A DNA stretch of 63,692 bases, filler included, from 11 parts of 11 records of this genome joined end to end with filler, not necessarily neighbours in it; one strand, 5' to 3'; shown: positions 1 through 10,848, numbered from the whole stretch's first letter. Notes: generated by a model from the letters alone, not told the origin. Made by a program: numbers and translations.

Positions 1-1439
1 AGCCGGAGCCGGAGCCGGAGCCGGAGGTGAAGCTGAAGCCTGAACCAACACCGAAGCCTGAGCCTGAGCCAGAACCAAACCCGATGACGCAGCCCGGCGC
101 AACTGCATCACCCACTGTACCACCCCCAGGGAAAGGACCGCCAGTGGGTGCACCACCAGCGCCCCCGCCACCACCTCCCCCTAATTTCAGTAGCCCGTCT
201 GCGGTGTCAACCCCGAGCCCCCCGCCGCTGGGTGGTGCCGCCCCGCCACCGCCAGCTGCGCCGCCACCTGGCCCTGGATTAGCCAAGCAACGCGGTCCTC
301 CTGCTCCTCCCCCTCCCGGACCCCCGCCACCTGGCCCTGGATCGGCCAAGTCACGAGGTCCTCCTGCTCCTCCCCCTCCTGGACCCCCGCCGCCTCCTCC
401 GTCCAGCAGCACGAAGCTGAAGATCGGCGGTCGCAAGAAAGGTGCTGGAGGTAAAGCATCGGGAGAGAACGAGTATGGACAAGCTGTGGATGGGAAATGG
501 GTCATGGCCAAGCCACCACCTGGACTTGACATGTTTGGAGAAATGGATTGGAAAAAGAAAGCGAAGCTAGAGAAAGCGAAATGGGAAGAGTCTGAAGCTG
601 GTAAAGCAGCGGCCGATTTACCAAGCAATTCAAGAGGAGGGACGCAGCAGCAGTCGAAGCCTCAACAGAAAAGTGTTGGCGGTTCGAAAGCTGGTACAAA
701 CGCATCAGAATTCGGACAAGTTGTGGACGGAAAATGGGTCATGGCCAAGTCTCCACCCGGACTTGACATGTTCGCAGAGATGGATTGGAAAAAGAAAGCC
801 AAGGCAGAGAAGGCGAAATGGGAAGAGTCTGAAGCTAGCAAATCATCAGCGGCGTCTGGCGTCGAAATGCCAAAGGACGTGTCAGTTGGCGAGCCGACGC
901 ACGAGCCACAATCCAAACCGATCTCACAGCCTGAGCGAGATCTAGAGCCACAGTCCAAACCGCTCCCAAAGTCTGAGCCAGAACCAGAACCGGAGAAAGA
1001 GTCTATGAGTACTGATCTAGGTGCATCCGGCCCGGCAGACACGTCACTGAACGAGGCTGAGGCAATGATGGCTGCCATGGCTGCTGAGAAGCAAGCTAAG
1101 TTGGATCAAGCTGCTGCAGAACGAAGAGCTAAGCGCGCCAAGAAAAAGGAAGCCGCAGCGGCGACAGCAAGTAATGGTTCAACTGGAGGCGGCAGTAGCA
1201 GCAACACACTGACGATGCCAGAGGGTCTGTCACCAATAGAGAGGATCAAGTGGAAAAAGGAGCACCCAGACTGGGTAGATCCAGCGAAGGGTAACCCGAA
1301 AGGAAAGCCAGCCGTGGCGAGTAAAGAGTTGGATAAGGACATGCCCGATGACATTCGGAATGGCAGTAAACTCCAGCAGTTAAAGTGGAGAAAGAAGTAC
1401 GCGCAGGAGCAGCAAAAGCAGAGGCAGTCCTCGGAGTAG
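1..1439 (+). CDS. Proline-rich repeat protein (5'-truncated) with PEPEPE tracts, poly-Pro blocks and duplicated Trp/Lys-rich modules
   Basis: The frame is open from base 3 (CCG GAG repeats = PEPEPE) to TAG at 1439. It contains a 63-bp tandem duplication of PGPG.AK.RGPPAPPPPGPPP (~267-392) and two ~48-aa copies of (N/S)E(Y/F)GQ.VDGKWVMAK.PPGLDMF.EMDWKKKAK.EKAKWEESEA. Confidence 0.75.
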   Translation, partial: PEPEPEPEVKLKPEPTPKPEPEPEPNPMTQPGATASPTVPPPGKGPPVGAPPAPPPPPPPNFSSPSAVSTPSPPPLGGAAPPPPAAPPPGPGLAKQRGPPAPPPPGPPPPGPGSAKSRGPPAPPPPGPPPPPPSSSTKLKIGGRKKGAGGKASGENEYGQAVDGKWVMAKPPPGLDMFGEMDWKKKAKLEKAKWEESEAGKAAADLPSNSRGGTQQQSKPQQKSVGGSKAGTNASEFGQVVDGKWVMAKSPPGLDMFAEMDWKKKAKAEKAKWEESEASKSSAASGVEMPKDVSVGEPTHEPQSKPISQPERDLEPQSKPLPKSEPEPEPEKESMSTDLGASGPADTSLNEAEAMMAAMAAEKQAKLDQAAAERRAKRAKKKEAAAATASNGSTGGGSSSNTLTMPEGLSPIERIKWKKEHPDWVDPAKGNPKGKPAVASKELDKDMPDDIRNGSKLQQLKWRKKYAQEQQKQRQSSE

Positions 1440-1589
1440 ATCAGAATCTGCCACGACTCAGCTCGCAGCAATATTTGATAACTGTTCAGGGTGCACCGTC
1501 TGTTGAAGGAACGAAACATAGACAGTTGCGCTTCATTGCAGGCCGCTGGTAGTATTTACAGAGGTCCTGATTACCACTATTGTCTAGCG

Positions 1590-4500
1590 TCACAATGACT
1601 GTTGTGTGGCCTGCAATATCTGCACGTCAATCTCCAGCTCCGAGAACTGTTGTTTCATCTTGTCCTCAAGCTTCTCAGTCTCCTCCTGTACCTCCGCGAT
1701 CATCGTGGCGAGGCCCTTCAGCTCCTCTATATCCATCTTGACCAGGGTCACATCTGTCGATGCCTTCTGACCAGCAAGCACACCAGTTTCCAATGGCCGA
1801 AGCTTTTCCTCCAACGTCTTGATCCGCTGGTCCAGGTTCACTTCAACCGTCGCCTTTATCGCGTCTAGCTTTCCTTCTGTGCTGCGCTTGACGTCCTCGA
1901 TAGCCTCCTTCCGCTTCTTGTCGTTGCGGCCAGTATCCGTCTCCAAGGCAGTGTGCAACTGGCTCTGCAAATCTATCTTATTGTCGAGCTCTGTCTTCAT
2001 CTGGTCTATTCTGCGCGACGAGTCCCTTGATGTTCGCGTCTGCTCCTCTGCAAGAGCCTCGTGCTTTGTCTCAAGCGCGCCAAGGCTTGTCGCTACCCGA
2101 CCAAGGTCGTCTCGTGTGCGGCTCTCGAGTGCATCCTGGTCCTCAGCTGCCTTCTCCTTTAAGTCAGTCTGTCGCTTCTCGATCGAGCTCATTCGCACTT
2201 CCAGCTTCTCCTGCAGGATTCCAACATCGCGCTGGAGATCGGCCGCCGCCTTTCTCTCAGCGTTGCTCAGGCCTGATGTCAGCTTCTCAATAGCCTGCTT
2301 CGACGAGCGCTCCATCTCGGAGGCTCGTTGTGTGGTGCTCGTTGCTATCTCTGCGAGCTTTGTCTCGGTCTCGTCTGTGCGGCGCAAGAGCGTCGTTGAG
2401 ACCGCATCGCAGCTTTCTCTGATCTTAGTGTCGAGTTCAGCAGAGCGGCTGTTCAGCTGCTGCCTCAGCTTGGCGTTCTCATCAGTCAGGTATTTCTGCA
2501 CCATCTCTACCCGCGAGGCCTGTTCGTCCATGAGCACGCCGGTCTTTTGGTCTAGACCAATGATCGAATCAGTCATCTTCTCGTCCAACACCTTCATCTC
2601 CGCACTCGTTTTAGTCGTGAGGCTGGTCGATGATGCTGTGAGCGTCTCTTCCAGCTTCGAGAAGTCCGACTGCAAGGTCGCCTTCAACTCGCCAGCAGCC
2701 TTCGAAAACTTCTCATCCAATCCAATGCACACGTCTGTGAACTTCGTGTTAGTCTTCGTCAATTCCTCGGCTGCCGCCCGGCTTGTCTGTGCACAGAGCT
2801 CAGAGAATCGCGCGCGGTCCTCCTTTGCCTGGCCGTCACGCAAATGCAGTTCCTCCGAGACCTTTGCGTCCAGCTTGACGCATGCCTCAGAGAATTTGCG
2901 ATCCTGCTCTGAAAGCACCTCGGTGAACTGCGTGTGCTGCGATGACAGGCGTTCGTCATGTGACTTCAGGGTTTCGGTCACCTTTGTCGTCAGTGTCTGC
3001 GTCAGCAGCTTCTGTGCACTCTCCTGTGCCAGGCTTACCTCCTGCAGCTGATCACGCTGGGCTGTCGCAGCATCTGAAAATTTGCGGTCAAGCTGCTCGC
3101 AGATGGACGTGAAGTATCGATGGTGTTCATGAGTAGTCTTCGATGCATCATCCATCCGACCGTCCTGATCATCCAGCCGATCACAGAACTTTCTGTCCAG
3201 TGCCACGCTCAGCTCCTCCGCATGAGCCCGCTCGTGCTCGACCTTCTCTTGCAAGGTAGCGACCTGCTCCGTCATCACGCGGTCCAGCTTGCCACAAGTC
3301 TCAGTAAAACGGTTGTCCTGTGCCTCCATCGCAGCACCAAGCTCAGCACAGCGCGCCTCCTGATCCGCCTGTGACTGGCTCACACGGCGCTCCACCTGTG
3401 CAATGGAGTCGCCTAGGTGCTCTTGTGTATTGACCAAGTGGCTTTTCAAACCCTCAGTCTCCTCGCCAAGCTGCATATCGAGCTTTGTGCACACAGCTGT
3501 GAAATGGCGATGGTGATCAGTCTGCGTTGCTGCGGACGAATCCAGGCGCGCATCGAAGTCCCTCGTCCACTCAACCAGCTTGAGGTCGATCTGCCCACAC
3601 TGCTGAGCAAACTGTTCCTGTGCATTTCTGATATTGCTGTCCCCCTTCTTCTCTAGCCCAGCACAAACATCTGCAAAGTGCTTGTTTTGGTCACGCATCC
3701 GTCCCTCTTGCGCTGCCACAGTATCCAACAGCTTCTTGTCAATCGCGTCTAGACTCTCGGTAAACAACACATTGTTGCGCTCCATCGTCGTGAGGGTCTC
3801 GGCGATCCGAGTTTCGGCCGCACTCGCACGGCTTTCGGAACTCGCGTCAACCTGGTTAAACACTTGGGTAAAGTGCCGATGGTGATTCTCCAGCCGCTCT
3901 GCAGTCGAGTCCTTCTCTGCACTTAGCTTGGCATCAACTTGCATGCATTGCTGCATTACCTCCTTCTGGGCACGTTCTATCTCGGCAGCGCTAACATTAG
4001 CCGCGTCGCGCAATTTCGTATCCAGCATGGCGCACACGTCGGTGAAGTGAGTGTGATGCTGATCCATCAATGTGCTCAAATCATCGACGCGCTCGTCTTG
4101 CGCATCATTTTTACCCTTCAGCATGGTGAGATCACGCTCGAAATCCTTCTGCTGGTCCAGTGCAGTACCAATTTCATTGGCCAATTCGTTCGATTGCGCT
4201 TCCGCTCTCAGTGTGATTCCGTGATACTTCTCGTCCAACTCCGCCATTACATCGGTCGATTCTTGGTGGTTCTTCTCGATCGACTCCTTTTGCGTAGTCA
4301 ATCCCTGTGTAAACTTCTCGTCGAGCGCCTTCATTACGTCGCGAGTCTGCACGGCATGCTCACCCATCGACTCGTTGAGCTCGGCTATGCGCGTGGTTTG
4401 GGCTGAGTTTTCGTTTGACACCTTGCGGTCCAAGCTGACAAGCGCGTCAGTGAAGTGCTCGTGCTCGCGCTCGACGAGCTCGTTGACACGTTCCTCATCG

Positions 4501-7500
4501 GCAGCTGCGCGAGTGTTGAATTCGGACTTGACCGAGTCAAACATGTCTTCGAAGAATCGCTTGTGGTCTTCGATCCGCGTGGCTTGTGTGGCTCGCTCCT
4601 CGTCAAACGCACTCTCGAGTGCAGCATGTGCAGTGAGAAGGCGCTGAATATTCGCGTCGACATGGTCGCTGAGCTTCGATATTGATACCCCATGCTCGCT
4701 CACAGCCGTCTGGAACCGGCGGTCTGACTCTGTCAGCATCGCCACTAGGTCGGTTCGCTGTGCGTCTAGACGTTGTTGCGCTTCCTCGCCCTGCGAGTCT
4801 ACTTTTCGCTCAATGCGCGTGCTGACGTTTGTCAGCTCCCGCTTGTCAGCAACGCACGTTTCCATGAGGGAACGATGCTCCTGCTTCACGGCAACGAACT
4901 GTTCCTCGATTTGCTTCGCCATAGTTGTCTGTGTCACTCGGAAGGCATCCGCAGTGTCGTTCACGCGTGCAATTTGCGCCCTTTTCTCCTCAACCATCTT
5001 CTCGCCAAGTATCTTAAACTCGCTATCAGCCTGTGACTTGTATTGTGTCACACGTCCCTCAAGCTCGGCGACACGCTGTCCAATTACGTCATGCTGGTCG
5101 TTGAAGCTCTGCTCTACATTTGCGACAGTTGCCGCGAAGTGCTTACTCTGATTTGCAATTCGTTCTGTTTGGATTGTGATTTCTGCGAGCAATTTCTCGT
5201 GCAGCTCATCGTGCCGCGCCGACGCGGACTCTGCATTCCTCTCAATCGTCTCCGCCTGCTTGTCTAAGCGCTGCTTGTGCTCGCTGTGCATGCCTTTAAA
5301 TGCACTCATGGCAGCACTTGATGTACTCTGCAGCTGAGACTTTACGTCCTCGATAGTCCTGCTGAGTTCCGTCGCACGCTCAACAACGTTTTTGTCCAAC
5401 GAGTCACAACGTTCGGAAAAGTGCTGACGATCCATTTCCGCCTTTGCCTCCACACGTGTCGTGGTCTCCGAGATGAGCTTCTCAATCTTATCTGATCGTC
5501 CGGCGGCTTCTTGCCGATTGCGGGCGATCTCTCCAGGCACGGTCTTGATCGTCGAGTCGATGCGCTGCACGTTCGAGATGAGCTTCTGCTCCAACGTATC
5601 GTTAGCCTGTGCCAGCCCTTGTGTCTTCTGAGTAAGCAGCCTGCTCATATCATCGTACGACGTAGACAGCTCTGCAGTTTTAGAACTGTGTTTTTCATCA
5701 ATTTTGGCACAGACGGCAGTGAAGAATTCGTGTTCCGAACTGATCTTCTCAGCCCGGCTGCTCACCTCAGCCTTCATATCTGCCTCAAGCTTTACTAACA
5801 GCGCCTTCAAGCTTGCATGTGAGTCGTTTAAAGCGCTGCTCAAGTTGCCTATTCGAGTCTCGTGTCCAGCAACAATGCCACCGAACTTCTTGTCCATACC
5901 GTCATAAAGGTGTGTGACCTGCCGATGGTTTTCTGTCACAATTTCGCTGACCGAAGCTACACGGCTGTCAGTTGCCTCAGATGCCACGGTGAACTTTTCA
6001 TCCAAACTCGCACAGACTCCTGTAAAATGTTCGTGCTCGCTGCGGATCTGCTCCTGCGTGTCTGTTACTTGGTTGACTAGCTTCATGTCCAGAGCTGCGC
6101 AGATCTCGGTGAAGTGTGCATGCATTTCTTGGGCCGTCTTGTCCAGCTGGCTCATGAATTCCATGGCCTTACTGTTATTCTCATCAACACGTCCGTCGGT
6201 GGCTTTCTGCGCTACATGGACCTCCTCCCATCGTCCTGTGAACGTGTTAGTCACCTCCGTTATCCGTTCAGAAAGCTGGCTGCGATCAGTCTCGTGCGCA
6301 CGAATGGCGTTGTCCATGCGTACTTCCATCGGAGCCGACCAAGCCAGAAACTTGGCGTTGATCTCGTTGACTACCTCTTCGAAGTGGGCGTAGTGCTGAT
6401 TGACGCGCTCGTCAAGCGGAGAGAGAAAGTCATTCAGCAGGCCAAGCTCGTTATTGCACATCACGAGGTTTGATTCGGATTTCTGGATGCGAATGTCCTG
6501 CTCCTCATTTTTGTGAGTGAACTTCGTCTCCATAGTGGTCTGGCGTTCCTTGATCTTCTGTTCAAGGCTTGAATTGATCGCCGTGAGATGCTCAATGGTG
6601 GATGCGACGCTCTGGCGCATTTCTTCCACCTTTTGATCGACCTTTTGGTCTGCTTTCTCGGTGGCCGTCGTTAAATGTTGGTACTGAGTATTCATTAGTT
6701 CATCTTGAGCAGCAGCTTTTGCGGTGAACTTCTCGTCCAGGGCAGCGTACTGCGTTGACAATGTTGTGCTCAAACCTCGACAGACTTCGGTGAGGTGCTC
6801 GCCTTGATTCTGTAGTCGTTGTGTAAAGCTCTCGTCCAAGCCGCCGGTGATTTTCGTGAAGTGACTAAAGTGCTCATCACTCTCACGTTTGACCGCGGTG
6901 CTCTCAGCATTGAGCCTGGACTCAAGATCAACACACATGCCAGTGACTTGGCTGTAATTCTCCTGCTCGCGTTGCTCAAGCTCGCTGACCTTGTTGTCCT
7001 GTGCCAGATTCTTTTCTGTGAACTTGAACTCTAGATTGAGACAGATCTCATCGAAGTACTTGCGAATGCTAGAAGATTCATGGGCTAGTTCTTCACTCTT
7101 CTGCTGAAGCTTCGCGTCAGTCAGCTTGTCTGATTCAGTGAGATGCTGGTAGTGCTGGTCTACAGTGTGCGTTATTGCCGCCAGAGTATCACGCATATGT
7201 TCCTTGTACTCGGACAGAATTCCATCCAAGTGGTGGGTCTTCACTTCAAGTGCCGCGTCGATGTCAGCGGTCTTCTTTTCCAGCTCTGTGCACTTGGACA
7301 GCACGAGATTATGTTCTGCCTTGATCCTTGTGTCGATCTGTTTCTCCACGGTTGCAAGATTCGTGACTAGACGCTGAGACTCCTCGTGGAATTGATTTTG
7401 GATCGTCTCTACCTGTGCCTGAGCCTCTACCGCCAGTTTTCTTTCTGCCTCGTGCCAGTTGGCGTCGATCTTTGCCATACGGTCCTTGACTTCATGTATG

Positions 7501-10500
7501 CGCTTTACGTTCTCCGTTTGTTCCGCGTGCATCTCGCGGTCGAGGTCCTCCGCCACTGCCGTGAAGTGTTTGGCATCTTTCTTCCACTCGCCAATATTAT
7601 CCCCAAGCTTGGCATCGAGCGCCGAGATGGACTCCTTGAACTCCGTTTGCTGTTTGATAGCGGCCGTCGCTATCTGGTGGAGCTCCTCGTCCTGCTTGGC
7701 GTCCTTTTCGCTCAGCTTGGCATCCAGTTTAGCAACCAGATCGGCAAACTTCTGCTGCTGTTCGTCCAGTCTAGCATCCTGTGCCACATCCTTTTCCTCC
7801 AGATTGCTCTGGAAAGCCTGCAGCATTATGGTTAGCTTTGATCCTTGTTCCTGCATGGCCTGACTGAGACCATCCAGCTTGGCATCGTGTTGGTCATCCC
7901 TCATCCCAGACTGAGTTTCTAGCTTCGCAAACTCGTTCGTGAAGTGCTGGTGGTTGTTTTGTACACGTTCATTCAATGCAGATGTTACCGCGCCGGCCTT
8001 CTTATCCAAGGTCTTACATGCAGCATCCAATTGTGAATAGTTGTGCTCGATGGCAGTCTTGAGTTCTGTCATACGACCGTCATGGTCAGCCCGCAGCTCA
8101 GTCACCGTGGTCTCGAGCTTAGCACTTGCGTCGATCAGCTCAGTCGACAGGTCCGAAAGTCTCTGGTCGATTGCAGCGTGAGCGTTACTGCTATCGGTGG
8201 TCAATTTCTTTTCCAACTGTAAGCATATGTCGTCAAAATGCTCTTGCATCTTTTCGACCCGAGTCGACTGCATGGAGTCGACCGAGCTGATGCGGCCGTC
8301 AAGTTGGCTTCGCGACTCAGAGATGCGAGTCTCCGTGGCCGTAATCTCCTTGCCCAGACTCACCTGAGCCCCCTCGAGCACCGCACAACGAGTGTCGAAC
8401 TTCTGCTCTGCTACAGACAGAAGTGTTTCGAAGTGTGCTTTCTCGTTGGCGATTAGAGTGTTCTGAGCTCCCATCTTGCTGTCAAACGTCGACTCGAGCC
8501 TCCTGTTCTCTGCCGTAATCGAGTCGTGTAGTTGTTTGTGCTGTGCCTGCACGTCGCGCAAATTCTGAGCAGCTACCTCCTCCAGACGCTTGCTACCCTC
8601 GGCAGATTCTGCTTGGTTCTGCTGGATCGCGCTGCTGAGTTCTCGGATCTTGACATCACGGTTGCTGCCTGCGGCCGTGAGCTTGGTGTCAAGGCCGGCC
8701 GTCGCTGCCAATGCAGCGTTGAGGTTGCCCTCCATCTTCGCTGACAGCAAGTCAGCAAGCTTGTCCATCTTCCCAACCGCCGCTTCAAGATCCTTGTCTT
8801 CTTTGGCTATCTGCGCCTTTGCCTCCGACGCAGCCTTAGCCAAAGCGGTGTTGATATCGAGAAGTTTTTGATGGTGCTCGTTGGTAGTGGTTGTCAGCCG
8901 ATCCTCAATGCGGCCGCGAGCTGCTGCAGATTCTTGTGCCACAGTATCCACACGCCCTTTGAGAGACGCTGATTCCGACGCGACTGTCTTCTCCAAAGAT
9001 TCGCAGCGCTGAGTAAGCTGTTTGTTGTGTTTTTGGACCTCCTTATCGAGCGCACCAGTCTTAACTTCCACGTCGCGAGCTGCCTGCGTTGCTCGCTTTT
9101 CAAGCGCGTTGCAGACGTCTGTCAACCGTTTCGTCTCCTGCTGCACGGTGAGCTTCTGATCCGCCGCGCGCTTGTCAAACACAGATGCAGAGTCAGCAAT
9201 CAGCTGCTTTAGGTCAGTGGCCTCCGCTCCAAGCCGCTTCTCACCGTCCATAAAGCGTTGATCCGTAGTAGCAGTCAGCCCAGCATGCTTTTGATCAAGT
9301 TTGTCAAGGTGTGTGGCAATCCCTTCACGCACAAGCTCTAATCGCTCGTCCTGGGCAGAGTTCTCGGCTCTCATCTTCTTCTCAAGGTCCGAGCACATCT
9401 TCGCGAATTCAGTGTGGCCCTCCTCGATCTTTGTCGTCAAGCTGGTGCGTGCGTCCGCAATGGCTTGGTGCGCGCTGTCAACTACAGTACCGACGGCGTC
9501 GATCTGTTCAGTGACGCCTTTAATTTCGTCACTCAGCTTGAGCTGAGCGTTTGCGGCATCCTCCGCGATCTGGCGCTCCAGGATCTCAGCATTGCCTTGC
9601 AAAGTGCTCAGCTGTTCATCGATCTCAGTAGCGGTCTTCCCTAGCGTCGTTGCAAGGTTGTCGTATGCCCGATCGACTTCTGCGATGCGGGCATCGGTTG
9701 AGTCGTTCAAACCATGCACGTTATCCCTGACCTTTACCACTTCATCGTTGAGCTGCTCCACTTGTGCATTGAGATTCTCGATATCGGCTCTACTATCCGA
9801 CAGGTCTTTGCCAAGTTTCTTATCCAAAATCGCTACAGCTTCCTTGATCTTCCGATCACCATCGCGATGCAGCTCATCAGCATATCCGTGTTCTGCGGCA
9901 ATCTTTGCTTCTAGTTCGCGCATTTTCCCCTTTGTATCCTTCTCGAGCTTCGTACGTGCATCCTCCCAACCACGCTTCTGGTCGTCGAGACGCTTGTCAT
10001 GATCTTGCACGGACTTTGCCGTCTTGGCCTCCAAACTCTTCGACTGCTTGTCTGCCTTCTTCGCTTCATCTTCAATCGACTTCCTGAGATCTGTTTGCGC
10101 CTTCTTTAGCCCAGCTTCAAGGGCGCTTAGAGCACTGTCGTACTTGAGCTGGTTCTCATGGATGCTGCGCTGAATGTCGCTCAACTTACCCTGGTCATAT
10201 TTGCGCTGCTGCTCCAGAGCGCTGTCCTGCTCATCCAGACGTTTGGAGATTGCTGTCTCGGCCATCGCCAGATTCTCGTCCGCCTGTGCAGTGTGGCCCT
10301 CAATAGCAGTGTTGACCTGCGCGATGACATCCTTCAATCGTGTCGCCACATCAGCCTCCCCTGTCCTGACATCCAGGGATACCTTGTCCATCTGCGCCTG
10401 TAGACTTGCAACGTTTTGCTCCAACTGACCCGTTGTCTGCTGAATCGACTCTCGCACGTCCTTCTTGATTTGAGATTGGTCGTCCTGTACCTTCGTAATG

Positions 10501-10748
10501 CTGGTTCGCATTGTTGCAATGTCTTCGTCAACCACAATGTCTCGCTGCCTTGCCTCGTTGTTGAATTTCTGAAGATCTGCCAGCGACTGCGCCATAGCAT
10601 GGTCGAACTTCTCTGCAAGCTGCTCCTCCAACCTTTGAACCTCCTGCTCCAGCTTAGAGCTCAGCTTGAACTCCATAGCCTGGGCATCCGTTTGGCACTT
10701 GCCCACAAGAACCGGCAGCTCCGTCGCGGTCTTTTCGACGGCTTCGCA
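1590..10748 (-). CDS. Giant coiled-coil (cytoskeletal/fibre-type) protein, >3038 aa, 5'-truncated at contig end
   Basis: 9.1-kb uninterrupted ORF that is E/K/Q/L/A-rich and nearly Pro-free, with a recurring HxHFTxVCxxLDxKF motif. The frame stays open to the linker at 10749. Confidence 0.9.
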   Translation of the reverse strand, partial: CEAVEKTATELPVLVGKCQTDAQAMEFKLSSKLEQEVQRLEEQLAEKFDHAMAQSLADLQKFNNEARQRDIVVDEDIATMRTSITKVQDDQSQIKKDVRESIQQTTGQLEQNVASLQAQMDKVSLDVRTGEADVATRLKDVIAQVNTAIEGHTAQADENLAMAETAISKRLDEQDSALEQQRKYDQGKLSDIQRSIHENQLKYDSALSALEAGLKKAQTDLRKSIEDEAKKADKQSKSLEAKTAKSVQDHDKRLDDQKRGWEDARTKLEKDTKGKMRELEAKIAAEHGYADELHRDGDRKIKEAVAILDKKLGKDLSDSRADIENLNAQVEQLNDEVVKVRDNVHGLNDSTDARIAEVDRAYDNLATTLGKTATEIDEQLSTLQGNAEILERQIAEDAANAQLKLSDEIKGVTEQIDAVGTVVDSAHQAIADARTSLTTKIEEGHTEFAKMCSDLEKKMRAENSAQDERLELVREGIATHLDKLDQKHAGLTATTDQRFMDGEKRLGAEATDLKQLIADSASVFDKRAADQKLTVQQETKRLTDVCNALEKRATQAARDVEVKTGALDKEVQKHNKQLTQRCESLEKTVASESASLKGRVDTVAQESAAARGRIEDRLTTTTNEHHQKLLDINTALAKAASEAKAQIAKEDKDLEAAVGKMDKLADLLSAKMEGNLNAALAATAGLDTKLTAAGSNRDVKIRELSSAIQQNQAESAEGSKRLEEVAAQNLRDVQAQHKQLHDSITAENRRLESTFDSKMGAQNTLIANEKAHFETLLSVAEQKFDTRCAVLEGAQVSLGKEITATETRISESRSQLDGRISSVDSMQSTRVEKMQEHFDDICLQLEKKLTTDSSNAHAAIDQRLSDLSTELIDASAKLETTVTELRADHDGRMTELKTAIEHNYSQLDAACKTLDKKAGAVTSALNERVQNNHQHFTNEFAKLETQSGMRDDQHDAKLDGLSQAMQEQGSKLTIMLQAFQSNLEEKDVAQDARLDEQQQKFADLVAKLDAKLSEKDAKQDEELHQIATAAIKQQTEFKESISALDAKLGDNIGEWKKDAKHFTAVAEDLDREMHAEQTENVKRIHEVKDRMAKIDANWHEAERKLAVEAQAQVETIQNQFHEESQRLVTNLATVEKQIDTRIKAEHNLVLSKCTELEKKTADIDAALEVKTHHLDGILSEYKEHMRDTLAAITHTVDQHYQHLTESDKLTDAKLQQKSEELAHESSSIRKYFDEICLNLEFKFTEKNLAQDNKVSELEQREQENYSQVTGMCVDLESRLNAESTAVKRESDEHFSHFTKITGGLDESFTQRLQNQGEHLTEVCRGLSTTLSTQYAALDEKFTAKAAAQDELMNTQYQHLTTATEKADQKVDQKVEEMRQSVASTIEHLTAINSSLEQKIKERQTTMETKFTHKNEEQDIRIQKSESNLVMCNNELGLLNDFLSPLDERVNQHYAHFEEVVNEINAKFLAWSAPMEVRMDNAIRAHETDRSQLSERITEVTNTFTGRWEEVHVAQKATDGRVDENNSKAMEFMSQLDKTAQEMHAHFTEICAALDMKLVNQVTDTQEQIRSEHEHFTGVCASLDEKFTVASEATDSRVASVSEIVTENHRQVTHLYDGMDKKFGGIVAGHETRIGNLSSALNDSHASLKALLVKLEADMKAEVSSRAEKISSEHEFFTAVCAKIDEKHSSKTAELSTSYDDMSRLLTQKTQGLAQANDTLEQKLISNVQRIDSTIKTVPGEIARNRQEAAGRSDKIEKLISETTTRVEAKAEMDRQHFSERCDSLDKNVVERATELSRTIEDVKSQLQSTSSAAMSAFKGMHSEHKQRLDKQAETIERNAESASARHDELHEKLLAEITIQTERIANQSKHFAATVANVEQSFNDQHDVIGQRVAELEGRVTQYKSQADSEFKILGEKMVEEKRAQIARVNDTADAFRVTQTTMAKQIEEQFVAVKQEHRSLMETCVADKRELTNVSTRIERKVDSQGEEAQQRLDAQRTDLVAMLTESDRRFQTAVSEHGVSISKLSDHVDANIQRLLTAHAALESAFDEERATQATRIEDHKRFFEDMFDSVKSEFNTRAAADEERVNELVEREHEHFTDALVSLDRKVSNENSAQTTRIAELNESMGEHAVQTRDVMKALDEKFTQGLTTQKESIEKNHQESTDVMAELDEKYHGITLRAEAQSNELANEIGTALDQQKDFERDLTMLKGKNDAQDERVDDLSTLMDQHHTHFTDVCAMLDTKLRDAANVSAAEIERAQKEVMQQCMQVDAKLSAEKDSTAERLENHHRHFTQVFNQVDASSESRASAAETRIAETLTTMERNNVLFTESLDAIDKKLLDTVAAQEGRMRDQNKHFADVCAGLEKKGDSNIRNAQEQFAQQCGQIDLKLVEWTRDFDARLDSSAATQTDHHRHFTAVCTKLDMQLGEETEGLKSHLVNTQEHLGDSIAQVERRVSQSQADQEARCAELGAAMEAQDNRFTETCGKLDRVMTEQVATLQEKVEHERAHAEELSVALDRKFCDRLDDQDGRMDDASKTTHEHHRYFTSICEQLDRKFSDAATAQRDQLQEVSLAQESAQKLLTQTLTTKVTETLKSHDERLSSQHTQFTEVLSEQDRKFSEACVKLDAKVSEELHLRDGQAKEDRARFSELCAQTSRAAAEELTKTNTKFTDVCIGLDEKFSKAAGELKATLQSDFSKLEETLTASSTSLTTKTSAEMKVLDEKMTDSIIGLDQKTGVLMDEQASRVEMVQKYLTDENAKLRQQLNSRSAELDTKIRESCDAVSTTLLRRTDETETKLAEIATSTTQRASEMERSSKQAIEKLTSGLSNAERKAAADLQRDVGILQEKLEVRMSSIEKRQTDLKEKAAEDQDALESRTRDDLGRVATSLGALETKHEALAEEQTRTSRDSSRRIDQMKTELDNKIDLQSQLHTALETDTGRNDKKRKEAIEDVKRSTEGKLDAIKATVEVNLDQRIKTLEEKLRPLETGVLAGQKASTDVTLVKMDIEELKGLATMIAEVQEETEKLEDKMKQQFSELEIDVQILQATQQSL

Positions 10749-10848
10749 NNNNNNNNNNNNNNNNNNNNNNNNNNNNNNNNNNNNNNNNNNNNTTAATTAA
10801 TTAANNNNNNNNNNNNNNNNNNNNNNNNNNNNNNNNNNNNNNNNNNNN
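10749..10848. other. Artificial contig linker N44-TTAATTAATTAA-N44
   Basis: Identical 100-bp unit occurs ten times. The spacer gives stops in all six frames. Confidence 0.98.

Noticed and set aside
1819-3051. 410-aa plus-strand ORF and the many other ORFs opposite the giant coiled-coil gene
   Set aside because: Ser/Phe-rich antisense shadows caused by codon bias, with no motifs.
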